In this document: positions 1-9,393 of the stretch, piece by piece | Position numbering within the stretch: the stretch's first letter is position 1 | How the letters are laid out: each line of letters opens with the position of its first letter | Assembly: GCA_947175845.1 (NCBI GenBank) | Contig: CAMWOK010000001.1 | Coordinates: forward strand, 1-36,432 | Length of the DNA: 36,432 nucleotides | Origin: an uncultured Lachnospiraceae bacterium | Lineage (GTDB): Bacteria > Bacillota > Clostridia > Lachnospirales > Lachnospiraceae | Direction of reading: 5' to 3' | Notes under the pieces: generated by a model | Databases searched by the model: none | What the model was told of the DNA's origin: nothing | What the model saw: the letters and a program-made list of their open reading frames with translations, nothing else | Translations under genes and position numbers: made by a program

Positions 1-1
1 C

Positions 2-250
2 TGCGGCACCTGCAGCTGTTATGGAGACCTGTGCAATGGCTGCAGAGCCTGTGAGGGCATTGTTTTTAATTATACTGAGTGGTGTGCGATCTACACCTGT
101 GTGGCGCATGAGAAAAATCTGAAAAACTGTGGCGCGTGCAAGGCCCTGCCGTGCGATAAATGGCGGGCGATGCGCGATCCCAAGTTTTCGGACGAGGCGT
201 TTGAGCAAAATATCGCCGGCCGTGTGAAGACGCTGCAGGAATTGGGCTGA
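2..250 (+). CDS. 3' part of a Cys-rich DUF3795-like putative metal-binding protein (5' end outside window)
   Basis: Hand translation of frame 2: CGTCSCYGDLCNGCRACEG...CAIYTCVAHEKNLKNCGACKALPCDKW...QELG*, TGA at 248-250. The Cys spacing (CxxC, CxGC, C-I-xx-C, CGxC..PC) is typical of DUF3795. Not in the ORF track. Confidence 0.7.
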   Translation, partial: CGTCSCYGDLCNGCRACEGIVFNYTEWCAIYTCVAHEKNLKNCGACKALPCDKWRAMRDPKFSDEAFEQNIAGRVKTLQELG

Positions 251-273
251 CAAAAAATTGTGAAGATTTGATG

Positions 274-301
274 TTGAAAAATGTGTCGAATCCGTTATAA
301 T
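274..301 (+). promoter_or_regulatory. sigma-A-type promoter of purL
   Basis: TTGAAA (274-279), 16 nt, TATAAT (296-301); GGAGG RBS before the start codon. Confidence 0.65.
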
Positions 302-320
302 GTAAGTGTTAACAGTTACA
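301..320. promoter_or_regulatory. 20-bp near-perfect palindrome over the purL transcription start (candidate operator)
   Basis: TGTAAGTGTTAACAGTTACA; 18 of 20 positions match its own reverse complement. Confidence 0.45.
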
Positions 321-350
321 ATACTTTCATTATAACGGAGGACTCATGGA

Positions 351-3300
351 ATGGGAAATGTGAAACGGATCTACGTTGAGAAAAAGGAAGCCTTTGCTGT
401 GAAGGCAAGGGAACTTGAGGAGGAATTAAAGGGCTATCTGGGTATTACCGGATTGAAAAAGGTCAGAATTTTCATCCGCTACGATGTGGAGAATATTTCG
501 GATGCCACATTTGAGAAGGCTTGCAGCTGTGTATTTTCAGAGCCCCCTGTTGATGATCTGTACATGGAAACCATTGAGATGCCGGCCGGCTCCCGCTGCT
601 TTTCTGTGGAGTTTCTGCCGGGGCAGTTTGATCAGCGCGCGGACTCGGCAGTGCAGTGCGTACAGTTTTTGAAGGAGGACGAGGAGCCCGTCATCAAGAC
701 CGCTGTCACCTATCTGCTGATCGGGACGATCTCTGACAATGAGTTTGACAAGATCAAAAATTACTGCATCAATCCGGTCGATTCGCGGGAGACAGGACTT
801 GAAAAGCCCCAGACGCTGGTGCAGACTTTTGACGAGCCGGCGGATGTGGCAGGCTTTGACGGATTTGTATCCATGGACGAGGATGCGCTGCAGGAGCTGT
901 ACGATTCGCTCGGACTCGCCATGACGTTCAAGGATTTTTTGCATATACAGAACTATTTTCAGAACGAGGAACACCGCGATCCGACGGTGACGGAAATCCG
1001 GGTGCTTGACACCTACTGGTCTGATCACTGCCGCCACACGACGTTCTCGACGGAACTCAGGGACATTGCGTTTGAGGAGGGCTATTACACGGAGCCGATC
1101 CGGACGACGTATGAAAAATATCTTGCCGTCAGGGAGGAAGTCTTTGCGGGCAGCAAAAAGGACAAGTACGTCTGCCTGATGGACCTTGCGCTCATGGCGA
1201 TGCGAAAACTGAAAAAGGACGGTAAGCTGGAGGACATGGAAAAATCGGATGAGATCAATGCATGTTCGATTGTTGTGCCTGTGGAAATTGACAAGGAGGA
1301 CGGCAAGGGTGTCGTCACGGAGGAGTGGCTTGTGAATTTCAAGAATGAGACACACAACCATCCGACAGAGATCGAGCCGTTTGGCGGTGCTGCGACCTGC
1401 CTTGGCGGTGCGATCCGCGATCCCCTCTCTGGGCGTACATATGTTTATCAGGCGATGCGTGTGACCGGGGCAGCTGACCCGACGACTCCCGTGGAGAACA
1501 CTATGCGGGGCAAGCTTTCCCAGAAAAAGCTGGTGCGTGGGGCTGCGAGCGGATATTCGTCTTATGGCAACCAGATAGGACTTGCGACGGGACTTGTGAA
1601 GGAAGTGTATCACCCGAATTATGTCGCCAAGAGAATGGAGATCGGCGCGGTGATAGCTGCGGCGCCGAGAGCAGATGTCATCCGCGAAACATCCGATCCG
1701 GGGGATATCATCATCCTGCTCGGCGGGCGCACGGGGCGCGACGGCTGCGGCGGAGCGACAGGTTCCTCCAAGGTGCACACGACCGCGTCGCTGACGACGT
1801 GCGGCGCGGAGGTTCAGAAGGGGAATGCGCCGACGGAGCGCAAGCTGCAGCGCCTGTTCCGCAGGCCGGAGGTCAGCAGACTCATCAAGAAGTGCAACGA
1901 TTTTGGTGCGGGCGGCGTGTCCGTGGCGATCGGAGAGCTCGCGGACGGGCTTGTCGTGGACATGGACAAAGTGCCGAAAAAGTATGCGGGACTCGACGGG
2001 ACGGAGCTTGCCATCTCAGAGTCGCAGGAGCGGATGGCAGTCGTCGTGGACCCGAAAAATGCGGATCCGTTTCTCGCATACGCCGCGGAGGAGAATCTTG
2101 AGGCTGTGAAAGTGGCGACCGTCACAGAGGAGCCGAGGCTTGCGCTGATGTGGAGGGGCAAAAAAGTTGTGGATATCGCGCGCGCGTTCCTCGACACGAA
2201 CGGTGCGCACCAGGAGACAGGCGTCTTTGTGGACACTCCGGTGGAGGAGGACAACTATTTTCACAAAACAGCTGTCAAAAAGGTGGCAGAGGCGCTGGAA
2301 CAGGGGGATGTGAAGGGCGCTGTGCTCGCCACGCTGGGCGATCTCAATGTGTGTTCCCAGAAAGGACTCGTGGAAATGTTTGACGCGTCCATCGGTGCGG
2401 GCAGTGTGTTTATGCCCTACGGCGGCAAGTACCAGCTTACGGAGACACAGGCGATGGTCGCAAAACTTCCGGTATTGAAGGGAAAGACAGATGTTGTGAC
2501 GATGATGGCGCACGGCTTTGACCCCTATCTGTCGAGCTGGAGTCCATACCACGGGGCAGTGTACGCAGTGACGGAATCCATGGCAAAGATTGTGGCAGCA
2601 GGCGGGGACTACAGGAAGATCCGCTTTACCTTCCAGGAGTATTTCCGGCGCATGGCGGAGGATCCCGCGCGCTGGAGTCAGCCGTTTGCGGCATTGCTGG
2701 GCGCATACGACGCGCAGATGGGATACGGACTGCCCTCTATCGGCGGCAAAGACTCCATGTCCGGCACCTTTAACAAGATTGACGTTCCGCCCACACTTGT
2801 CTCGTTCGCTGTGGATGTCGCGAAGAAGCAGGATATCATCACGCCGGAACTGAAGCGGGCCGGGGATAAGCTTGTCGTGTTCGATCTGCCTAAGGATGCA
2901 TATGATCTGCCCGATTATGAGAAGGTTATGGCGCTCTACAGCGGCATTGCAAAGTTGATCGCCGACCGGGTGATCGTGGCAGCCTACGCGCTTGACTCCA
3001 AAGGGATTGTGGCATCGGCGGCGAAGATGGCATTCGGAAACAAGATGGGCGTGAAGTTTGAGGACACCCTGGAGACAGAGGCGCTCTTTGCAAACGGGCT
3101 GGGCGGTATTCTTGCGGAGGTTTCTGCCGAGCGGCTTTGCGCGTTGTCAGAGAGCGGCCTGGCGTACCGGACAGCGGGTACAGTGTGCGTGGAGAACGAA
3201 GGATTTGCGTATCGGGATACAGTGATATCCATGGAGGAAGCGCTGAGAGCCTGGACGTCCAGACTTGAGAAGGTGTTCCCGACAAAGGCTGTCAGGGGAA

Positions 3301-4163
3301 CGGACGAGATTGAGACGAAACTCTATGAGACAAAGGACATCTATGTGTGCAAAAACAAGGTGGCAAAGCCGACGGTGTTCATACCGGTGTTCCCGGGCAC
3401 AAACTGCGAGTATGACTCGACAATCGCGTTCGAGCGCGCAGGCGCGAACGTTGTGACGAAGGTCTTTCGCAACCTGTCAGCGGAGGATATCCGGGATTCC
3501 GTCGACGCGTTTGCGCGGGCGATAGACCAGGCCCAGATCATTATGTTCCCGGGCGGATTCTCTGCTGGTGACGAGCCGGACGGAAGCGCGAAGTTCTTCG
3601 CGACGGCATTTCAGAACGCAAAGCTCAAGGAGGCTGTGGGCAGGCTTCTGAATGAGCGGGATGGACTGGCGCTGGGAATCTGCAACGGATTCCAGGCGAT
3701 GATCAAGCTTGGACTCGTACCTTACGGTGAGATTGCAGGGCAGAAGGAGGACTCACCGACCCTGACGTTCAACACCATCAACCGCCATATTTCCAGGATG
3801 GTGTACACAAAAGTGGTCACAAACAAGTCACCGTGGCTGCAGCTTTCTGAGCTTGGCAGAACCTATGTGACACCGGCTTCCCACGGTGAGGGAAGATTTG
3901 TTGCGCCGAAGGAGTGGATTGACAGGCTTTTTGCCAACGGGCAGGTTGCGACGCAGTATGCGGATCATGACGGGAAACTTTCCATGGATGAAGAGTGGAA
4001 TGTGAACGGTTCCTATGCGGCAATCGAAGGTATCACCTCCCCCGACGGAAGGTGCCTTGGCAAGATGGCGCACGTGGAGCGCCGCGGCGATGCTGTTGCC
4101 ATGAACATTTACGGGGAGCAGGATCTCAAAATTTTCGAGGCCGGCGTGCAGTATTTCAAGTAA
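351..4163 (+). CDS. purL: Phosphoribosylformylglycinamidine synthase, large fused (clostridial-type) form
   Basis: 1270 aa with WSDHCRH, KNETHNHPTEIEPFGGAATC, DFGAGG and SESQERM motifs, plus a C-terminal GATase domain (PGTNCE, GICNGFQ, SHGEG, HVER). Confidence 0.97.
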   Translation: MGNVKRIYVEKKEAFAVKARELEEELKGYLGITGLKKVRIFIRYDVENISDATFEKACSCVFSEPPVDDLYMETIEMPAGSRCFSVEFLPGQFDQRADSAVQCVQFLKEDEEPVIKTAVTYLLIGTISDNEFDKIKNYCINPVDSRETGLEKPQTLVQTFDEPADVAGFDGFVSMDEDALQELYDSLGLAMTFKDFLHIQNYFQNEEHRDPTVTEIRVLDTYWSDHCRHTTFSTELRDIAFEEGYYTEPIRTTYEKYLAVREEVFAGSKKDKYVCLMDLALMAMRKLKKDGKLEDMEKSDEINACSIVVPVEIDKEDGKGVVTEEWLVNFKNETHNHPTEIEPFGGAATCLGGAIRDPLSGRTYVYQAMRVTGAADPTTPVENTMRGKLSQKKLVRGAASGYSSYGNQIGLATGLVKEVYHPNYVAKRMEIGAVIAAAPRADVIRETSDPGDIIILLGGRTGRDGCGGATGSSKVHTTASLTTCGAEVQKGNAPTERKLQRLFRRPEVSRLIKKCNDFGAGGVSVAIGELADGLVVDMDKVPKKYAGLDGTELAISESQERMAVVVDPKNADPFLAYAAEENLEAVKVATVTEEPRLALMWRGKKVVDIARAFLDTNGAHQETGVFVDTPVEEDNYFHKTAVKKVAEALEQGDVKGAVLATLGDLNVCSQKGLVEMFDASIGAGSVFMPYGGKYQLTETQAMVAKLPVLKGKTDVVTMMAHGFDPYLSSWSPYHGAVYAVTESMAKIVAAGGDYRKIRFTFQEYFRRMAEDPARWSQPFAALLGAYDAQMGYGLPSIGGKDSMSGTFNKIDVPPTLVSFAVDVAKKQDIITPELKRAGDKLVVFDLPKDAYDLPDYEKVMALYSGIAKLIADRVIVAAYALDSKGIVASAAKMAFGNKMGVKFEDTLETEALFANGLGGILAEVSAERLCALSESGLAYRTAGTVCVENEGFAYRDTVISMEEALRAWTSRLEKVFPTKAVRGTDEIETKLYETKDIYVCKNKVAKPTVFIPVFPGTNCEYDSTIAFERAGANVVTKVFRNLSAEDIRDSVDAFARAIDQAQIIMFPGGFSAGDEPDGSAKFFATAFQNAKLKEAVGRLLNERDGLALGICNGFQAMIKLGLVPYGEIAGQKEDSPTLTFNTINRHISRMVYTKVVTNKSPWLQLSELGRTYVTPASHGEGRFVAPKEWIDRLFANGQVATQYADHDGKLSMDEEWNVNGSYAAIEGITSPDGRCLGKMAHVERRGDAVAMNIYGEQDLKIFEAGVQYFK

Positions 4164-4171
4164 AAGAGATG

Positions 4172-4222
4172 ACAAAAATAAGAGCTTTCGGCACGGTACT
4201 GTGTCGAAGCTCTTATTTTTGT
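4172..4222. terminator. Bidirectional intrinsic terminator between purL and the chemoreceptor gene
   Basis: ACAAAAATAAGAGCTT...AAGCTCTTATTTTTGT inverted repeat with A/T tracts on both sides, between convergent genes. Confidence 0.85.
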
Positions 4223-4233
4223 GCGGTTCTGAT

Positions 4234-5931
4234 TTAGTTTTTCAGCGAGAACTGTCCAATCAGCCCGTTGAGGATGGTTGCCTGTGCGGATAACTCCTGG
4301 CTCGTCGCAGACGCCTCCTGCGCGGTTGCGGCGTTGCTCTGCACAACCTCTGAAATCTGGTTGATGCCCTTCTCAGCCTGCCGCATGGCCTCTGTCTGGT
4401 CGTCCACCATCGTCTTGAGATTCTGGGAGAAGTCGGCAATCTGCTTGATGCCGTCCACCACAGAGCCGATCGCGGTCGCGGCATTTTCTGCTGCGCGGTT
4501 TCCCTCTGTGACTTCGCGGATGGACCCTTCGATCAGTTCTCTGGTATCGACGGCAGCCTTTGCGCTCTGGTTTGCCAGCACGCGGATCTGGTCTGCAACA
4601 ACGGCAAAACCACGTCCGGATTCCCCTGCTCTTGCGGCCTCGATGGAGGCATTGAGCGACAGGAGATTGGTCTGGGATGCGATGGACTCAATCTCGGAGA
4701 TAATATCGCCGATTCTGTTGGAAGCGGTGTTGATACGCTCCATGGCCGCCATCATGGAGTTCATCTCCTCGCGGCTGTTGTCGGCCTGGTCTGCGTAGTG
4801 TTTTGCCTTCACGTAAGACTCGTCCGCGCTCTGTGCACTCTTTTCCATGGTTGCAGTAATGTTGGAGATTGTGGCATGCAGTTCCATGACTGCGTTGGTC
4901 TGCTCTGTGGCGCCCTCCGCAAGCACCTGTGATGCGTCGGCAAGGTCGCCGGACCCGGAGGATACCTGGTTGGAGACTTCTCCGATGGAGGTAAGGGTCT
5001 CCACCATCTGATCGCGCAGTCCGTGCATGGATTCATAGAGTTTCTGGAAATCCCCGGTATATTTTTCGGAATAGCTGGATTTGACTGCGTAGTTTCCGCC
5101 TGCCATGTGTCCCAGCACTTCACTGATATCGTGGATGATGATGTTCAGGTTGTTTGCCATCTCGGAGGCATCCTTTTCCATATATTCCACTTCATCCCCG
5201 GTCTCAACCAGCGGGAACGGAGAGGAGAGATCTCCTGCGGAAAAGGTTTTGAGGCGCTGTCCGAGTTTTCCCAGAGGGGATGCGATGCCCTTTGCGATCT
5301 GTTTTCCAATCTTGGTCGACAGCACCATGGCGATGGCGATGATCGCAATGATTGCGATTGCAAGTACAATGCCGGCAAGGTTCAGGATTGTGGAAAGCTT
5401 GTTACCCTCGATCACCTTCACATTCAGGAGGGATTCGAGCTTGGTGTAAATGCTGTTGTAGGCGGGAGCGAGATCATCGAGTGCGATATCCTGCGCCTGT
5501 ATACAGAGTTCCCGGTTTGTTGTGGCTCCGAGCGCCATGATCTGGTCATCAAGCTTCCAGTACGCATCGAGCTCGCTGCAGATCGCATCGTAGGTTGCCC
5601 GGCCGTCCTCTGAAACGATCGTTTTTTCAATTTCAGCAAAGTATTCTGTAAAAAGAATCCGGTTCTGTTTGTGCTGCTCGACTACTGTGGCAATCGCATC
5701 TGCATTGTCGTATCCTATCGCTGCCCGGAGCGACGAGCGCGCATCTGCAAATTCAAACAGTGCCTTTCCGATATCGCCCTGTGCAAAACCGTAATTGTGT
5801 AGAGCATATGAATATCTGTTAGAGATGATCACCAAGGCAATCAGACCCAGAATGGCCACTGCTGCCGGGATGGATGCTACCTTGAAAAAAGAATTGGTAA
5901 GCTTTTTCTCGATGCTTGCTTGTTCGTTCAT
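4234..5931 (-). CDS. Methyl-accepting chemotaxis protein (two TMs, 4-helix-bundle-like sensor, HAMP, signalling domain)
   Basis: Hairpin-tip motif [30 protein letters not shown]; two hydrophobic segments; RBS AAGGGGG upstream of the ATG. Confidence 0.95.
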   Translation of the reverse strand: MNEQASIEKKLTNSFFKVASIPAAVAILGLIALVIISNRYSYALHNYGFAQGDIGKALFEFADARSSLRAAIGYDNADAIATVVEQHKQNRILFTEYFAEIEKTIVSEDGRATYDAICSELDAYWKLDDQIMALGATTNRELCIQAQDIALDDLAPAYNSIYTKLESLLNVKVIEGNKLSTILNLAGIVLAIAIIAIIAIAMVLSTKIGKQIAKGIASPLGKLGQRLKTFSAGDLSSPFPLVETGDEVEYMEKDASEMANNLNIIIHDISEVLGHMAGGNYAVKSSYSEKYTGDFQKLYESMHGLRDQMVETLTSIGEVSNQVSSGSGDLADASQVLAEGATEQTNAVMELHATISNITATMEKSAQSADESYVKAKHYADQADNSREEMNSMMAAMERINTASNRIGDIISEIESIASQTNLLSLNASIEAARAGESGRGFAVVADQIRVLANQSAKAAVDTRELIEGSIREVTEGNRAAENAATAIGSVVDGIKQIADFSQNLKTMVDDQTEAMRQAEKGINQISEVVQSNAATAQEASATSQELSAQATILNGLIGQFSLKN

Positions 5932-6004
5932 TGTAATATGTTCCCCCTTCTTCGTGCGTTGTAGTTCTTTTGTTGGTAAATTTTACTTGTGCATATCACA
6001 TTTT

Positions 6005-6032
6005 ATTATATCTTATTTAGGGAAATATGCAA
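6005..6032 (-). promoter_or_regulatory. sigma-A-type promoter of the chemoreceptor gene
   Basis: On the minus strand: TTGCAT, 16 nt, TATAAT. Confidence 0.55.
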
Positions 6033-6100
6033 GGTTAAAACTGGCTAAAAAATACGAAACATTAGCATAATTTACAAAATTACAAAAGAAAAATCAAGGA

Positions 6101-6129
6101 TTGTGCAAAACGCAGGTGTCATGTATAAT
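6101..6129 (+). promoter_or_regulatory. sigma-A-type promoter of the MATE gene
   Basis: TTGTGC, 17 nt, TATAAT (6124-6129). Confidence 0.5.
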
Positions 6130-6174
6130 ATAGGGAATGGAAAAATACATGGCGGACATAAATCGGGGGGAAGT

Positions 6175-7572
6175 ATGAAGATACGGTCAAAGTTTATCGG
6201 AAACAGGGATTTTTACAGGATGGTGCTGATGATAGCAGTGCCGATCATGATACAGAACGGAATCACCAACTTTGTCAGCCTGCTCGACAATATTATGATC
6301 GGGCAGGTCGGAACGGAGCAGATGTCGGGGGTGGCGATCGTCAACCAGCTGATTTTTGTCTACAATCTGTGCATTTTTGGCGGTGTGTCCGGGGCGGGCA
6401 TCTTTACAGCGCAGTATTTCGGGCAGGGGAATCATGAGGGCGTGCGCCAGACGATGCGCTTTAAGCTGTGGATGGTCGCGGTTATCACAGCGTTGACAGC
6501 TGCTCTGTTCCTGGGATTCGGCACGAACCTGATAAGCGCCTACCTGAAGGGGGAAGGTTCTGCAACGAGCATCGCGCAGACGCTGTCCCACGGGGAACGC
6601 TACCTCAGGATTATGTTGATCGGCCTTCCGGCGTTTGCACTGGTACAGATCTACTCGAGTACACTGCGCGAGTGCGGGCAGACACTCCTGCCCATGAAAG
6701 CGGGAATAGCGGCTGTTATTGTAAATCTGGTGTTCAATTACATCCTGATTTATGGTAAGTTTGGCGCGCCGGCTCTCGGCGTGAGCGGTGCGGCGATCGC
6801 GACGGTTCTTTCGCGCTATGTCGAGATGCTGATCACGGTGGCTGGTGTCCATCGAAAATGCCGTGGGGAAAACGCGGCGTACGCGTTTGTATCCGGGCTG
6901 TACCGCACGCTGAAAGTGCCGCGGGAACTGATGTTTAAGATTATTAAGAAGGGGAGCCCGCTCCTGTTCAACGAGACGCTGTGGGCGGCGGGAATGGCGA
7001 TGCTCACGCAGTGCTATTCCGTGCGCGGCCTGAATGTGGTCGCAGGACTCAATGTGTCCAATACCATAAACAATGTGTTCAACATTGTGTTTATCGCGCT
7101 GGGGGATTCGGTTGCCATCATTGTAGGGCAGCTTCTGGGAGCCGGAAAGATGCGGGAAGCGAGGGATACAGACAACAAACTGATTGCTTTTTCTGTGATG
7201 TGCTGCACCGGGGTGGCGTTTGTCATGTTTCTCATGGCGCCGCTGTTTCCGCAGCTGTACAGGATCAGCGACGAGGCGCGCCTGCTTGCAGGGCAGTTTA
7301 TTATGGCCACTGCCATCTTCATGCCGCAGAACGCGTTCCTGCACGCGGCGTACTTCACACTGCGATCCGGCGGAAAGACAATCATCACATTTTTGTTTGA
7401 CAGCGTGTTTATCTGGTGTGTGAGCGTTGTGATCGCGTTCACACTCAGCCGATATACGGGGCTGCCCGTCATCGCAGTGTACGCGATGGTGCAGCTCGGG
7501 GACATCATTAAGTGCATTATCGGTTTTATACTGGTCAGAAAGGGTGTGTGGCTGCAAAATATTGTGGCATAA
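6175..7572 (+). CDS. MATE family efflux transporter
   Basis: About 12 hydrophobic segments; motifs IAVPIMIQN..D..MIGQVG, FNYILIYGKFGAPALGVSGAAIAT, VGQLLGAG. Start moved to ATG 6175, after a GGGGGG/A RBS. Confidence 0.93.
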   Translation: MKIRSKFIGNRDFYRMVLMIAVPIMIQNGITNFVSLLDNIMIGQVGTEQMSGVAIVNQLIFVYNLCIFGGVSGAGIFTAQYFGQGNHEGVRQTMRFKLWMVAVITALTAALFLGFGTNLISAYLKGEGSATSIAQTLSHGERYLRIMLIGLPAFALVQIYSSTLRECGQTLLPMKAGIAAVIVNLVFNYILIYGKFGAPALGVSGAAIATVLSRYVEMLITVAGVHRKCRGENAAYAFVSGLYRTLKVPRELMFKIIKKGSPLLFNETLWAAGMAMLTQCYSVRGLNVVAGLNVSNTINNVFNIVFIALGDSVAIIVGQLLGAGKMREARDTDNKLIAFSVMCCTGVAFVMFLMAPLFPQLYRISDEARLLAGQFIMATAIFMPQNAFLHAAYFTLRSGGKTIITFLFDSVFIWCVSVVIAFTLSRYTGLPVIAVYAMVQLGDIIKCIIGFILVRKGVWLQNIVA

Positions 7573-7606
7573 AAAAATGAGCGCATTTACGCGCTCATTT
7601 TTTTAT
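7569..7606. terminator. Bidirectional terminator between MATE and ABC genes
   Basis: Perfect inverted repeat ATAAAAAAATGAGCGC-atttac-GCGCTCATTTTTTTAT overlapping both stop codons. Confidence 0.9.
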
Positions 7607-9393
7607 TTCGCTGCCAGAAAGTCATACTGTGACATAAACAGATTATAGTACTCACCCTTCTGCGCAAGCAGTTCATCGTGCGTGCCTGCTTCGAGGATGT
7701 TTCCCTTGTCGACGTACATGATGCAGCTCGCATTCTTGATGGTCGAGAGCCGGTGGGCGATGATGAAGGATGTACGTCCCTCGAGCAGCCTGTTGAGGCC
7801 CTTCTGGAGCAGGATTTCGGTTTCGGTGTCAATGCTTGAGGTCGCCTCGTCGAGGATCAGGATTGCCGGGTTTTCGAGCAGCGCCCGCGCGAAGCTGATG
7901 AGCTGCCGCTGACCGGCAGAGAGCCGGCTTCCGCGCTCGTTGACCTGTGTCTGATAACCGTTTTCCATCTCCATGATAAAATCGTGGGCACACACGGTCT
8001 TGGCGGCGTTGATCACCTCCTCGTCGGTGGCGGTCAGATTTCCATAACGAATGTTATCCATAATGGTTCCCGAGAAGATGAAGCTGTCCTGCATCATGAT
8101 TCCCATCTGGCTGCGCAGTGACTTTAAGGTCACATGGGAGATGTCGGTGCCGTCAATCAGTATTTTGCCGGAATCCACATTGTAGAAACGGCTGATAAGA
8201 TTTACAATAGTCGACTTTCCGGCGCCTGTAGGGCCAACGATGGCATAAGTGTCGCCGGGGGCTGCCGTGAAGTTTACCTTGTTCAGAATCTGCACATTGT
8301 CCTCGTAGCTGAAGCAGACATCCTGAAACTCCACCCGCCCGTCGATCGGCGGCATGGGCACCGCGTCCGCGGCGTCCTTCACATTGACCGGCTCATCGAT
8401 CGTCTCAAAAATGCGCTCCAGGTACGCGATGGCTGTGAGCAGCGCGTTGTAGAAGGAAGCGAGCGTGTTGATCGGCTCCCAGAATCTCGAGATATATGAG
8501 GTGAACGCAATCAGGATGCCGACGGTCACACCGTAGATCTCCCCGGAGATCCAGCCAATTCCTATCACATAGATAAACGCCGTCGTGACGGTCGAGATGG
8601 AGTCAATGCAGGGCCACATGATAAAGTTGTATTTGACGGCACGCATCCAGGCACTCCGGTAGCTGTCGCTCAGGTGGTTAAAGATCGAGGTGTTCTCGCG
8701 CTCGCGCACGAACGACTGCGTGACGCGGATGCCGTTGATGCTCTCCGCGATGTAGGCGGTGAGGTTGGACTGCTTGTTGCTCTGGATCTGCCACGCGCGC
8801 CGCTGGCGCCGCTTCACGAACACGATGACAGCAAAGAGCACAGGCAGTCCGCACAGGCAGATCAGCGTGAGCCGCACATGCAGCAGGAGCATAAAAATCA
8901 GGATAAATATTAAATTGCACATGTCTGTTATCGTGTTGATGATACCGTTGGAGAGCAGGTCACTCAAACTGTTCACATAGTTGACCACGCGCACCTGTAT
9001 CTTTCCGTGCGGGCGGTCGTCGTAGTAGGAGAACGGCAGCTCCTGCAGATGGCAGAAGATATCGGATCGCAGCTGGTGCACAATCGCCTGGCCGATGCGG
9101 CTGGTGATGCGTATCTTTAAGCGGATGCAGACGCAGGTATACAATACAATAACAAGTGATATCAAAGTGATCACAACAATCGACCGAACGTCTTTTGCCG
9201 GAATGCAGGTGTCCATGATCTCGCTGATAAACATCGGGAAGAGCATGGTCAGCGCGGAGGAGGACAGCATCAGAAACAGTGCAAACGCAAGCTGGGCGCG
9301 GTAGGGCCTGACATACTCAAACACGCGCTTGAGCTGGCTCAGGTCAAATTTGTCCTCCATCACTTCATCAATGTCATATTTATTTCGTGCCAT
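7603..9393 (-). CDS. Heterodimeric ABC exporter subunit 2 (TMD+NBD; canonical Walker B and H-loop)
   Basis: GPTGAGKST, LSAGQRQL, ILILDEATS, IAHRL. Start MARNKY at 9393 with an AAGGAGGTGG RBS, overlapping the end of the upstream gene. Confidence 0.93.
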   Translation of the reverse strand: MARNKYDIDEVMEDKFDLSQLKRVFEYVRPYRAQLAFALFLMLSSSALTMLFPMFISEIMDTCIPAKDVRSIVVITLISLVIVLYTCVCIRLKIRITSRIGQAIVHQLRSDIFCHLQELPFSYYDDRPHGKIQVRVVNYVNSLSDLLSNGIINTITDMCNLIFILIFMLLLHVRLTLICLCGLPVLFAVIVFVKRRQRRAWQIQSNKQSNLTAYIAESINGIRVTQSFVRERENTSIFNHLSDSYRSAWMRAVKYNFIMWPCIDSISTVTTAFIYVIGIGWISGEIYGVTVGILIAFTSYISRFWEPINTLASFYNALLTAIAYLERIFETIDEPVNVKDAADAVPMPPIDGRVEFQDVCFSYEDNVQILNKVNFTAAPGDTYAIVGPTGAGKSTIVNLISRFYNVDSGKILIDGTDISHVTLKSLRSQMGIMMQDSFIFSGTIMDNIRYGNLTATDEEVINAAKTVCAHDFIMEMENGYQTQVNERGSRLSAGQRQLISFARALLENPAILILDEATSSIDTETEILLQKGLNRLLEGRTSFIIAHRLSTIKNASCIMYVDKGNILEAGTHDELLAQKGEYYNLFMSQYDFLAAK

